A DNA stretch of 64,000 nt, taken from assembly GCF_011045215.1 (NCBI RefSeq), contig NZ_CP049201.1. One strand, given 5' to 3'. The position numbers and the translations under genes were made by a program. Below are positions 1-9,473 of the stretch, piece after piece. How positions within the stretch are numbered: the first letter of the stretch is position 1; every line of letters starts with the position of its first letter. The stretch is from Escherichia coli (lineage in GTDB: Bacteria; Pseudomonadota; Gammaproteobacteria; Enterobacterales; Enterobacteriaceae). The notes under the pieces are model-generated. The model did no database searches. It worked only from the letters and a program-made list of their open reading frames with translations, and was not told the origin of the DNA.

Positions 1-28
1 CTTATCACACTGTTGAAGGTGAAACGTA

Positions 29-955
29 ATGATTGAATTTAGCCATGTCAGCAAACTGTTTGGCGCACAAAAAGCCGTTAACGATCTCAATCTCAATTTT
101 CAGGAAGGGAGTTTTTCGGTGCTGATTGGCACATCTGGCTCCGGCAAATCCACCACCCTGAAAATGATTAACCGCCTGGTGGAGCATGACAGCGGAGAGA
201 TCCGCTTTGCCGGAGAAGAAATTCGCTCGCTGCCAGTACTGGAGTTGCGCCGCCGTATGGGCTATGCCATTCAATCTATTGGCCTGTTTCCCCACTGGAG
301 CGTGGCACAAAACATTGCCACCGTGCCGCAATTACAAAAATGGTCGCGGGCGAGGATTGACGATCGTATCGACGAATTAATGGCGCTACTGGGGCTGGAG
401 TCAAATTTACGTGAGCGTTATCCACATCAGCTTTCCGGTGGTCAGCAGCAACGTGTGGGAGTGGCGCGTGCACTGGCTGCCGATCCGCAAGTCTTACTGA
501 TGGATGAACCTTTTGGCGCACTGGACCCGGTAACGCGCGGCGCGTTGCAACAAGAGATGACGCGCATTCACCGTTTGCTGGGGCGCACTATTGTGCTGGT
601 CACTCATGATATTGATGAGGCGCTACGGCTGGCAGAACATCTGGTATTGATGGATCACGGTGAAGTGGTGCAGCAGGGGAATCCGCTGACGATGCTGACT
701 CGTCCGGCGAATGATTTTGTCCGCCAGTTTTTTGGACGTAGTGAACTGGGTGTGCGCCTGCTTTCGTTACGTAGTGTGGCGGATTACGTGCGTCGCGAAG
801 AACAAGCAGAAGGTGAGGCACTGGCAGAAGAGATGACGCTACGCGATGCGCTCTCTCTGTTTGTCGCGCGGGGATGCGAGGTGCTGCCGGTGGTGAACAC
901 GCAGGGCCAGCCTTGCGGCACGCTGCATTTTCAGGATCTGCTGGTGGAGGCGTAA
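29..955 (+). CDS. yehX: ABC transporter ATP-binding subunit of the YehZYXW osmoprotectant (glycine betaine-type) uptake system
   Basis: 308 aa ORF; Walker [13 protein letters not shown] signature LSGGQQQRV, Walker B LLLMDEP; C-terminal CBS-like tail; followed 4 bp later by the permease gene. Confidence 0.9.
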   Translation: MIEFSHVSKLFGAQKAVNDLNLNFQEGSFSVLIGTSGSGKSTTLKMINRLVEHDSGEIRFAGEEIRSLPVLELRRRMGYAIQSIGLFPHWSVAQNIATVPQLQKWSRARIDDRIDELMALLGLESNLRERYPHQLSGGQQQRVGVARALAADPQVLLMDEPFGALDPVTRGALQQEMTRIHRLLGRTIVLVTHDIDEALRLAEHLVLMDHGEVVQQGNPLTMLTRPANDFVRQFFGRSELGVRLLSLRSVADYVRREEQAEGEALAEEMTLRDALSLFVARGCEVLPVVNTQGQPCGTLHFQDLLVEA

Positions 956-959
956 GCGT

Positions 960-1691
960 ATGAAGATGTTGCGCGATCCGCTGTTCTGGCTCATTGCTTT
1001 GTTTGTGGCACTGATTTTCTGGCTGCCTTACAGCCAGCCGCTGTTTGCTGCCTTGTTCCCACAACTGCCACGACCCGTTTATCAGCAAGAAAGTTTTGCA
1101 GCTCTGGCACTGGCTCATTTCTGGCTGGTGGGAATTTCGAGTTTGTTTGCGGTGATCATTGGTACTGGTGCCGGAATTGCTGTCACTCGCCCGTGGGGCG
1201 CGGAATTTCGCCCACTGGTGGAAACTATTGCCGCCGTTGGACAGACTTTTCCGCCCGTCGCGGTGCTGGCGATCGCCGTTCCGGTGATCGGGTTTGGTCT
1301 GCAACCAGCGATTATCGCCTTGATCCTTTACGGTGTGCTGCCCGTCCTGCAGGCGACACTTGCCGGGCTGGGAGCGATTGATGCCAGCGTGACAGAAGTT
1401 GCGAAAGGTATGGGAATGAGTCGTGGTCAGCGACTGCGTAAGGTCGAGCTACCGCTGGCGGCTCCGGTGATTCTGGCGGGCGTGCGAACTTCGGTGATTA
1501 TCAACATTGGTACGGCGACGATCGCCTCAACGGTAGGGGCCAGCACGCTGGGTACGCCCATCATCATCGGGCTTAGCGGATTTAATACCGCGTATGTGAT
1601 CCAGGGGGCGTTACTGGTGGCACTGGCGGCGATCATCGCAGACCGCCTGTTTGAAAGGCTGGTGCAGGCGCTTAGCCAGCACGCAAAATAA
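960..1691 (+). CDS. yehW: ABC transporter permease subunit of the YehZYXW system
   Basis: 243 aa hydrophobic multi-TM ORF immediately downstream of yehX; matches K-12 YehW length and context. Confidence 0.9.
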
Positions 1692-1779
1692 AGGTATAAC
1701 CTGCGAGCATGACGCCACCAATTCCGCCTAACGCCATAAACAGGAACAGGGCGATGACCCCAATTTTAGCTATGCGCAT
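1675..1779 (-). CDS. yohO: small (34 aa) hydrophobic membrane protein, convergent with and overlapping the yehW 3' end
   Basis: Hand-translated minus-strand [38 protein letters not shown], below the 60 aa cutoff of the ORF track; single predicted TM helix; position between mlrA and yehW matches the K-12 small protein YohO as I recall it. Confidence 0.6.
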
Positions 1780-1838
1780 AATGCACTCCTTATGTTAACG
1801 AAAGGATTGTACAGTAAAGCGCATTTGTTAACGAATCA

Positions 1839-2570
1839 TTAAATGCCGAGTGGGAAAATATCATAGCCTTGTTCTTGCCAACTGGTGAGTTGCTGTTGTT
1901 GGGCGGAGGTTCGATTTTCACCGCACCACACCAGCAATGTACGGCCTTCGAACAGTTCAGGGCGTAGTTGATTGAGCGAGTGGGCGAGGACATCAATGCG
2001 CCATCCTTGTTGACTGGCAATCCAGCCCTCCAGCCACAGACGGGTGGTATCGTGAATATTCCAGCCAACCACCAGCGCATCTTTACCCTGTTTTTTACGT
2101 GCCGAAGCCAGACAGATGGCGATGTAGTTGATCAGTACGCCGTCGAGGATCGCCAGCAGCGCCTGGAGAGTCGGTTGTTGGCACTGAAGCCGTCGGCGCA
2201 GAGGAATAAACAGATGCGTGGTGAGCGTCTGGGCGGGGTAATCCTGACCGCGCTCTTTGATCCACGTTCGCAGGCTATGCAGATTGCCGCTTTGCAAGTA
2301 AGTCAGTAATGTTTCTTGCTGATCGCGCCAGCCGTTCTGCACATCAACATTTTCATTACTGAGCAGCATTTTAACTTTGCTGACCTGCACGCCGTTGTCG
2401 ATCCAGCGTTTGATCTCGCGGATCCGGTCAATATCGGCATCGTTGAACAGCCGATGACCGCCGTCTGTCCGTTGCGGTTTCAGCAATCCGTAACGCCTCT
2501 GCCACGCGCGTAACGTGACAGGGTTAATATCACAAAGCAACGCCACTTCACCAATTGTGTAAAGCGCCAT
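1839..2570 (-). CDS. mlrA: MerR-family transcriptional regulator (activator of csgD/curli)
   Basis: 243 aa; N-terminal MerR HTH (YTIGEVALLCDINPVTLRAWQRRYGLLKPQRTDGGHRLF); K-12 context. Confidence 0.9.
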   Translation of the reverse strand: MALYTIGEVALLCDINPVTLRAWQRRYGLLKPQRTDGGHRLFNDADIDRIREIKRWIDNGVQVSKVKMLLSNENVDVQNGWRDQQETLLTYLQSGNLHSLRTWIKERGQDYPAQTLTTHLFIPLRRRLQCQQPTLQALLAILDGVLINYIAICLASARKKQGKDALVVGWNIHDTTRLWLEGWIASQQGWRIDVLAHSLNQLRPELFEGRTLLVWCGENRTSAQQQQLTSWQEQGYDIFPLGI

Positions 2571-2791
2571 CGTCTCACCCTTGCTCGCGAGGTCCCGGTT
2601 TAACTTTAGACGCAGTTTTGCGAACCAGGTAGTTTTACCCGTTTTTTGTGCATCTATAGGGTGATTTTATTTTTGCCAGGCGATTTTGAGTGATCGTACT
2701 CACGAATTCTCATTTTTCTGCAAGAGTTCAAAGAAAGTTAAACGCAGGCAATGTATGTTACGCGTTTTAAAGGGAAGTGTGGTTTGCGGGT

Positions 2792-4477
2792 ATGTACGAT
2801 TTTAATCTGGTGTTGCTGCTGCTTCAGCAGATGTGCGTTTTTTTAGTCATTGCATGGTTAATGAGTAAAACGCCATTATTCATACCGTTAATGCAGGTCA
2901 CGGTTCGTCTGCCGCATAAATTTCTCTGCTACATCGTCTTTTCCATCTTCTGCATCATGGGCACCTGGTTTGGGTTGCACATTGACGATTCTATTGCCAA
3001 TACCCGTGCGATAGGCGCGGTAATGGGCGGCTTACTCGGCGGTCCGGTCGTCGGTGGGCTGGTTGGCCTGACCGGCGGGTTACATCGATATTCGATGGGG
3101 GGCATGACCGCGCTAAGTTGCATGATCTCGACCATCGTTGAAGGATTGCTCGGCGGCCTGGTACACAGCATCCTGATCCGTCGCGGGCGCACTGATAAAG
3201 TCTTTAACCCCATTACCGCTGGTGCCGTCACGTTCGTCGCTGAAATGGTGCAAATGCTGATCATCCTGGCGATCGCCCGACCTTATGAAGATGCGGTGCG
3301 TCTGGTGAGTAATATTGCTGCGCCAATGATGGTCACCAATACCGTCGGCGCGGCGCTGTTTATGCGTATATTGCTCGATAAACGCGCGATGTTTGAAAAA
3401 TACACTTCGGCTTTTTCTGCCACTGCGCTGAAAGTGGCAGCCTCGACGGAAGGCATTTTGCGCCAGGGGTTTAACGAAGTGAACAGCATGAAAGTGGCAC
3501 AGGTGCTGTATCAGGAGCTGGATATTGGTGCAGTCGCGATTACCGATCGAGAGAAATTGCTGGCCTTTACCGGAATTGGTGACGATCACCATTTACCCGG
3601 CAAACCGATTTCTTCGACTTACACCTTAAAAGCGATTGAAACCGGTGAAGTGGTCTACGCTGATGGCAACGAAGTACCTTATCGTTGCTCTTTGCATCCG
3701 CAATGCAAACTGGGGTCGACGCTGGTAATTCCGTTGCGTGGTGAAAATCAGCGGGTGATGGGCACCATCAAATTGTATGAAGCCAAAAACCGTTTATTTA
3801 GTTCAATCAACCGCACGTTGGGTGAGGGGATTGCGCAATTGCTTTCGGCGCAGATCCTTGCCGGGCAATATGAGCGGCAAAAAGCGATGCTCACCCAGTC
3901 AGAGATCAAACTGCTTCACGCCCAGGTGAATCCCCATTTTTTGTTTAATGCGCTTAACACCATTAAAGCGGTGATCCGCCGCGACAGCGAACAGGCCAGC
4001 CAGCTGGTGCAGTATCTTTCCACTTTTTTCCGCAAAAACTTAAAGCGGCCTTCGGAGTTTGTTACTCTCGCCGACGAAATTGAACATGTGAACGCTTATC
4101 TGCAAATTGAAAAGGCGCGCTTCCAGTCGCGGTTGCAGGTCAACATTGCTATTCCGCAAGAATTATCCCAGCAGCAATTGCCCGCGTTTACCCTGCAACC
4201 GATAGTGGAAAACGCCATTAAACATGGGACATCACAACTGCTGGATACAGGGCGAGTGGCAATCAGCGCCCGACGTGAGGGGCAACATTTGATGCTGGAG
4301 ATCGAAGACAATGCCGGTTTGTATCAACCGGTAACCAATGCCAGTGGGCTGGGGATGAATCTGGTGGATAAGCGTTTACGTGAACGGTTTGGCGATGACT
4401 ATGGGATAAGCGTCGCCTGTGAGCCTGATAGTTACACCCGAATAACGTTACGACTACCATGGAGGGACGAGGCATGA
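2792..4477 (+). CDS. btsS: LytS-type sensor histidine kinase of the pyruvate-responsive BtsS/BtsR system
   Basis: 561 aa from ATG 2792 (ORF track begins 15 nt upstream at GTG); 5TM Lyt domain, GAF, His-kinase region; stop overlaps btsR start (ATGA). Confidence 0.9.
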
Positions 4478-5193
4478 TTAAAGTCTTAATTGTCGATGAT
4501 GAACCGTTAGCACGGGAGAACCTGCGCGTATTTTTGCAGGAGCAGAGCGATATTGAAATCGTTGGAGAGTGTTCAAACGCCGTGGAAGGGATCGGCGCGG
4601 TGCATAAACTGCGCCCGGATGTGCTGTTTCTCGATATCCAGATGCCGCGCATCAGTGGTCTGGAAATGGTGGGGATGCTTGACCCGGAACATCGTCCGTA
4701 TATCGTTTTTCTCACCGCGTTTGACGAATACGCTATTAAAGCCTTTGAAGAACATGCCTTTGATTATCTGCTGAAGCCAATTGATGAAGCGCGACTGGAG
4801 AAAACGCTGGCGCGATTGCGTCAGGAGCGCAGCAAGCAGGATGTTTCGTTGTTACCGGAAAATCAACAGGCGCTGAAATTTATCCCTTGTACGGGGCATA
4901 GTCGGATTTATTTGCTGCAAATGAAAGATGTGGCATTTGTCAGCAGTCGGATGAGCGGTGTCTACGTTACCAGCCACGAAGGGAAAGAGGGCTTTACCGA
5001 ATTGACATTACGTACCCTGGAAAGTCGTACACCACTACTGCGCTGCCATCGTCAGTATCTGGTTAACCTCGCGCATTTACAGGAGATTCGTCTGGAAGAT
5101 AACGGCCAGGCCGAGTTGATTTTGCGTAATGGCTTAACCGTGCCGGTCAGCCGCCGTTATCTGAAAAGCTTAAAAGAGGCGATTGGCCTGTAA
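4474..5193 (+). CDS. btsR: LytTR-family response regulator BtsR
   Basis: 239 aa from [16 protein letters not shown]; receiver domain plus LytTR DNA-binding domain; ATGA overlap with btsS. Confidence 0.9.
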
Positions 5194-5239
5194 AAGACTG
5201 CTAAAATGGCTTTTTGCCTCATCAACACCTGAAGGCCTC

Positions 5240-5710
5240 ATGCTAAGTAACGATATTCTGCGCAGCGTGCGCTACATTTTGAAAGCCAATAATAATGACC
5301 TGGTGCGTATTCTGGCGCTGGGTAATGTCGAAGCCACCGCGGAACAGATCGCCGTCTGGCTACGTAAAGAAGACGAAGAGGGTTTTCAGCGTTGTCCGGA
5401 CATTGTTTTGTCGTCATTCCTCAATGGCCTGATTTATGAAAAACGCGGCAAGGATGAGTCTGCTCCGGCACTGGAGCCGGAACGTCGCATTAATAACAAC
5501 ATCGTGCTGAAAAAATTACGCATCGCGTTTTCGCTGAAAACCGATGACATTCTGGCGATCCTCACCGAACAGCAGTTCCGCGTTTCGATGCCGGAAATTA
5601 CAGCGATGATGCGCGCACCGGATCATAAAAACTTCCGCGAATGCGGCGATCAATTTTTACGTTATTTTCTGCGTGGACTGGCAGCGCGCCAGCATGTGAA
5701 GAAAAGCTAA
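5240..5710 (+). CDS. yehS: DUF1456-family protein
   Basis: 156 aa from internal Met MLSNDILRSV of the 175 aa ORF; K-12 gene order. Confidence 0.8.
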   Translation: MLSNDILRSVRYILKANNNDLVRILALGNVEATAEQIAVWLRKEDEEGFQRCPDIVLSSFLNGLIYEKRGKDESAPALEPERRINNNIVLKKLRIAFSLKTDDILAILTEQQFRVSMPEITAMMRAPDHKNFRECGDQFLRYFLRGLAARQHVKKS

Positions 5711-5719
5711 GACGGGTAT

Positions 5720-5744
5720 GGCGGCCATGCGAAACATGGCCGCC
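5720..5744. terminator. 10-bp-stem hairpin between convergent yehS and yehR (ggcggccatg cgaaa catggccgcc)
   Basis: Perfect inverted repeat seen in sequence; no strong T-tract on either strand, so termination is inferred only. Confidence 0.35.
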
Positions 5745-5750
5745 GACAGA

Positions 5751-6212
5751 TTATTTCACTTCTTTAAAACCAGCGGCTTTCATCACCTGTTCCATTTGCG
5801 CCATAGTGATACCTTTTTTGGCATCTTCAGCAGAAACGTTGATTCCTGAAATACCCTGCAGGGCTTTAAAATCCACTTTTTCCATATCGATAGTCACGTT
5901 TTCCTGCGCGTAGGTATCGGTATAGGTTAATTTTTCTTCAACACCCGCGATGTTTTTGTATTTGGCGCTTAACGGCTCAAGTGTCTTGGCAGCATCTTCT
6001 TTGGTGGTAGCACCAATGGAGGCAAATTGAATTTTGGTTTCAGAAGATTGCTTAAGCACCTTGTCACCTTTGTAGACATAGGTAATGGCAATTTCAGTGC
6101 CGTTCAGATTGGCGCTGAATTTCTTCGATTCTTCTTTGTCACCGCAGCCAGCAAGAGAGAAAACCAGAACAGATGCAACAACAAGGGAAAACAGCTTATT
6201 GAAAGCCTTCAT
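5751..6212 (-). CDS. yehR: DUF1307 lipoprotein
   Basis: 153 aa from MKAFNKLFSLVVASVLVFSLAGCG (signal peptide plus lipobox LAGC). Confidence 0.85.
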   Translation of the reverse strand: MKAFNKLFSLVVASVLVFSLAGCGDKEESKKFSANLNGTEIAITYVYKGDKVLKQSSETKIQFASIGATTKEDAAKTLEPLSAKYKNIAGVEEKLTYTDTYAQENVTIDMEKVDFKALQGISGINVSAEDAKKGITMAQMEQVMKAAGFKEVK

Positions 6213-6336
6213 GTAAAACTCCATTTTATTTAATCAAGGAACTGGTGACTCTCACCAGGGGCTATATAGGATATGCCTAATACCGTGGCGTGAGCAGTCC
6301 GGAACTGGAGTAGAACTCTTAGTAAAAAGCACTATT

Positions 6337-8340
6337 TCATCCTTGTTGCTGAAGCATGGGGAATAATTGTTCGCACAGCAAAACACCGTTATTCATTGCT
6401 TCTACCCGTGCCTCGCTTTCTGTATTACGAAATTGTCCCAACACATGTGCCAGCCGATAAAAACCCACCGCGGTGAGGTCATTCGCCAGCAACTCTGCCT
6501 GACCAATAGCACTCTGTTCCTGATAGCGCCAGCCGTTATGGAGCAGTTGAATAAGTAATGCCTGGCAGCGCATCAGCAACTGATGAGCAGTAGACGGCAC
6601 AGGCAGAACGCTGGCAGAAGGTAGTGATGCCACCACAGGCGCAGTTTCTGCGTCCAGCGCCCAGGCACGAGTCTTTGTCATCATTACCTGTGGTTCCAGT
6701 GTCAATTGCCCATCAACAAAACTGACAAAGCCAGAAACCAGACACACGGGGTCGTCTGTTTGTTGCAAAAGCGCCGCCATGCGTTCAACGGCATAAGGCG
6801 CGCTGGCTGAGGCTGGCAGTGATAACGTCAGCAGATTATCTTCACCTTCGCCGCTGATTACCTGCGCATCCAGCGTTTGGCGGCTGCTATCCCAACCGAG
6901 TGAAATACACTCAGCGACCGGCAGAATAAATAAGTTATCGACCTGATTAAGAGGCCGTATGCAGGCGGGGGGACGCTGGCGTAAATATTCCCGCAAAGCC
7001 ACAATGCCCGGCTGGCGCAACGGCGCGCTCAACATTTGCCAGGCATCTGGCGACAGTGGAACAACACTACTCAAGCGGTTACGGGTCGCGAACAGCAGTT
7101 CGCCTTCGGCACTGCGACGCGCTGCTTGTGAAACAATTTGTCCACCTGCCAGTGCGCCAGCCTGAAAACTAAACAGCCGACGTTTTGCCGCGGGAGCGTT
7201 TTCTTGTTCGCTTCTCGGCCAACTACGCGAAAGATGCAAAATACTGCCGGTGTCGGGATCGGTAAACCAGATGCGTAAACCATAATGCTTAATATCCTGC
7301 CAGCAACGCATACCTAAAGACACCAGCCGCAGATGATCAAGCTTTGCTTCTCCGGCAATGCCAGAGCCAACGCCCGTGCGCCACGGCACAGGAGGAACTT
7401 CACCAACACTGTCGCGCCGGGCCATCTCTTGTGCGCAATTTAATCGACTGTTTAATGCCGCAAGCTGACGTAAGCATTCTCCGGCATGATAGTGGCTGGC
7501 GCGAGTGTGGAAGGCATCAACGCTTGCCCGTAGCTGTCGTAGTGATTCACTCACCCATCGCCAGTTGCAGCGTTCCGCCGCCTGCTGTGCGCGGCTGAAA
7601 GCGGCCTCGTAATGGATTGGCGGCTGGCTGATGCCGCCCAGCCATAATGCCTGACTTAATTGCTGAACATATTGACGACATGTTTTGCCTTCTTCGCTGG
7701 CAAACGGATCGTCAGATGATGTGACGTGTTCGCTGCGCATCTGCCAGATTAAATGAGTAAATTCCGCTTGCTGAGTTTTGGCCTCGACGAAGGCCTGCAC
7801 AGCCAGTACGACATGTTCGCAAAGTGTGCCTTCAATACAATCACAGCGGGCGAAGCGAATGCTGCTGCGGGAATAAAAACGCACATCACTCATCGGTAAG
7901 CGGGCTGAGGGAATTTTGCCAGGCGCACAGAACAACTCAATGGTGATGCCTTTAGCGACCAGCGCCTGTGCGCGTTTGCGGGTGGCATCGGGAAGGGTAG
8001 CCAGTTCTTCCAGCCAGATTGCCGGATCCCATTCCTCTTCTTTTCCCGTAGGCTGGGCGGTAGCACAAAGTCGTTGATAACTTAACACCAGCATCACGCG
8101 ATGACGGCACATGCCGCTGGCCCCGCAGCTGCACTGAGCCTCTTTCAGTGCCTGGCCGTTCGCCAGCTGGGTACGGACACCGTCACTGAAGGTGGCGATT
8201 AAAGCGCCGTTCTCATGGCTGATCTCCGGGACGTTGCCATTTTCCAGTTCCTTAAGACTGCGCTTAACAAAACCGGCATTGCTTAACGCTGTCAGGGCCT
8301 GCGGTGTCAGTTCTAATAATTCCGGACGTAGTGAATTCAT
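6337..8340 (-). CDS. yehQ: twin SWIM zinc-finger protein, last gene of the yehLMPQ cluster
   Basis: Two CxC...CxH SWIM-like motifs (CSCGASGMCRHRV and CDCIEGTLCEHVV); start placed at the ATG overlapping the yehP stop (ATGA at 8337-8340), giving 667 aa; ORF track extends to 8364. Confidence 0.75.
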   Translation of the reverse strand: MNSLRPELLELTPQALTALSNAGFVKRSLKELENGNVPEISHENGALIATFSDGVRTQLANGQALKEAQCSCGASGMCRHRVMLVLSYQRLCATAQPTGKEEEWDPAIWLEELATLPDATRKRAQALVAKGITIELFCAPGKIPSARLPMSDVRFYSRSSIRFARCDCIEGTLCEHVVLAVQAFVEAKTQQAEFTHLIWQMRSEHVTSSDDPFASEEGKTCRQYVQQLSQALWLGGISQPPIHYEAAFSRAQQAAERCNWRWVSESLRQLRASVDAFHTRASHYHAGECLRQLAALNSRLNCAQEMARRDSVGEVPPVPWRTGVGSGIAGEAKLDHLRLVSLGMRCWQDIKHYGLRIWFTDPDTGSILHLSRSWPRSEQENAPAAKRRLFSFQAGALAGGQIVSQAARRSAEGELLFATRNRLSSVVPLSPDAWQMLSAPLRQPGIVALREYLRQRPPACIRPLNQVDNLFILPVAECISLGWDSSRQTLDAQVISGEGEDNLLTLSLPASASAPYAVERMAALLQQTDDPVCLVSGFVSFVDGQLTLEPQVMMTKTRAWALDAETAPVVASLPSASVLPVPSTAHQLLMRCQALLIQLLHNGWRYQEQSAIGQAELLANDLTAVGFYRLAHVLGQFRNTESEARVEAMNNGVLLCEQLFPMLQQQG

Positions 8341-9473
8341 GACTGAAGATTCTCCGCAAGCCATGATGCCAGCTCGCCCGGTGTCATGGCGGCTATTTGT
8401 GCGCCGACATTTACCAGCGCCTGGGCCGTATCGTGGTCATAGCAAGGCGTTGCTGTGCTATCGAGCGCTGCCAGTCCCAGCACTTTGATGCCGCTCTGGA
8501 CACACTTTTTCACCTGATGCGTCAGTAATGATGATGAACCCCCTTCGTAAAAATCGCTCACGAGGATAATGACGCTTTTCGCTGGTTGTTCAATAAGTTG
8601 CCGACCATATTCCACGGCACTGGCGATATTGGTTCCGCCGCCTAATTGCACTTTCATTAATAACTCTACCGGATCGGCAACGTCTGCCGTGAGATCAACC
8701 ACGCTGGTGTCAAACGCCACCAGATGGGTACGAATGCCGGGTAACTGCCATAAACAGGCCGCCATCACCGCAGAGTGGATCACCGAATCGACCATCGAGC
8801 CGCTTTGATCAACCAGTAAGACCAGTTGCCATTGTTCGCTTTGGCGTTTAATGCGGCTGTTAAAGCGGGGGGATTCGATATACAACTTGCCGTGTTGCGG
8901 GTGCCAGTGTTGCAGGTTGGCGCGCAGAGTACTTTTGAAATCAAAGTTTCGCGCCAGTGGAATAAATGAGCGGCGACGGCGATCGCGGACACCAGAAAAA
9001 GCCTGACGAACTTCCTTTGCCAGTCGAGCCATAATTTCTTCAACAACCTGGCGCACTATCCGGCGGGCGGCAGCCAGTACTTCGGGATTCATCAGATGTT
9101 TGGTGTGCAAAACGGCGCGTAGCAGGCTTTCAGAAGGCTGCATACGTTCCAGCACGTCGAGATTCGTCACCACATCTTCAATGCCATAGCGCAGTACGGC
9201 ATCGCTTTCCAGCCGCTCAATCACCTGTTGCGGAAACAGCGTGTGAATACTGTTGATCCACTCAGGGGTGGTGAGATTTGAGCCACCTAATCCACCGGAG
9301 CGTTCACCACGCTGGAGCCGTTCAGGATCGCGCCCATACAGCCACTCCAGCGCGTGGTCTACCTGCCGGGCATTGTCATCCAGCCCACAAAGGGTCGTTT
9401 CTGCCGCTTCGCCAAGAATTAATCGCCAGCGTTGTAGCTCACGGGTAGTCAGAAGATCGTTCAGTTCAGACAT
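8337..9473 (-). CDS. yehP: von Willebrand factor A (VWA) domain protein
   Basis: 378 aa from MSELNDLLTTRELQ; MIDAS motif DQSGSM in LVLLVDQSGSMVDS; start overlaps the yehM 3' end by 8 nt. Confidence 0.85.
   Translation of the reverse strand: MSELNDLLTTRELQRWRLILGEAAETTLCGLDDNARQVDHALEWLYGRDPERLQRGERSGGLGGSNLTTPEWINSIHTLFPQQVIERLESDAVLRYGIEDVVTNLDVLERMQPSESLLRAVLHTKHLMNPEVLAAARRIVRQVVEEIMARLAKEVRQAFSGVRDRRRRSFIPLARNFDFKSTLRANLQHWHPQHGKLYIESPRFNSRIKRQSEQWQLVLLVDQSGSMVDSVIHSAVMAACLWQLPGIRTHLVAFDTSVVDLTADVADPVELLMKVQLGGGTNIASAVEYGRQLIEQPAKSVIILVSDFYEGGSSSLLTHQVKKCVQSGIKVLGLAALDSTATPCYDHDTAQALVNVGAQIAAMTPGELASWLAENLQS

Noticed and set aside
600-1304. 234 aa minus-strand ORF
   Set aside because: Antisense to yehX/yehW with Arg/Pro/Ser-rich composition typical of GC-rich antisense frames.
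6337-8364. 675 aa long form of yehQ
   Set aside because: Starting at 8364 would overlap yehP by 28 nt; the ATG at 8340 overlaps the yehP stop in a classic ATGA coupling arrangement, so the shorter form is preferred (not certain).
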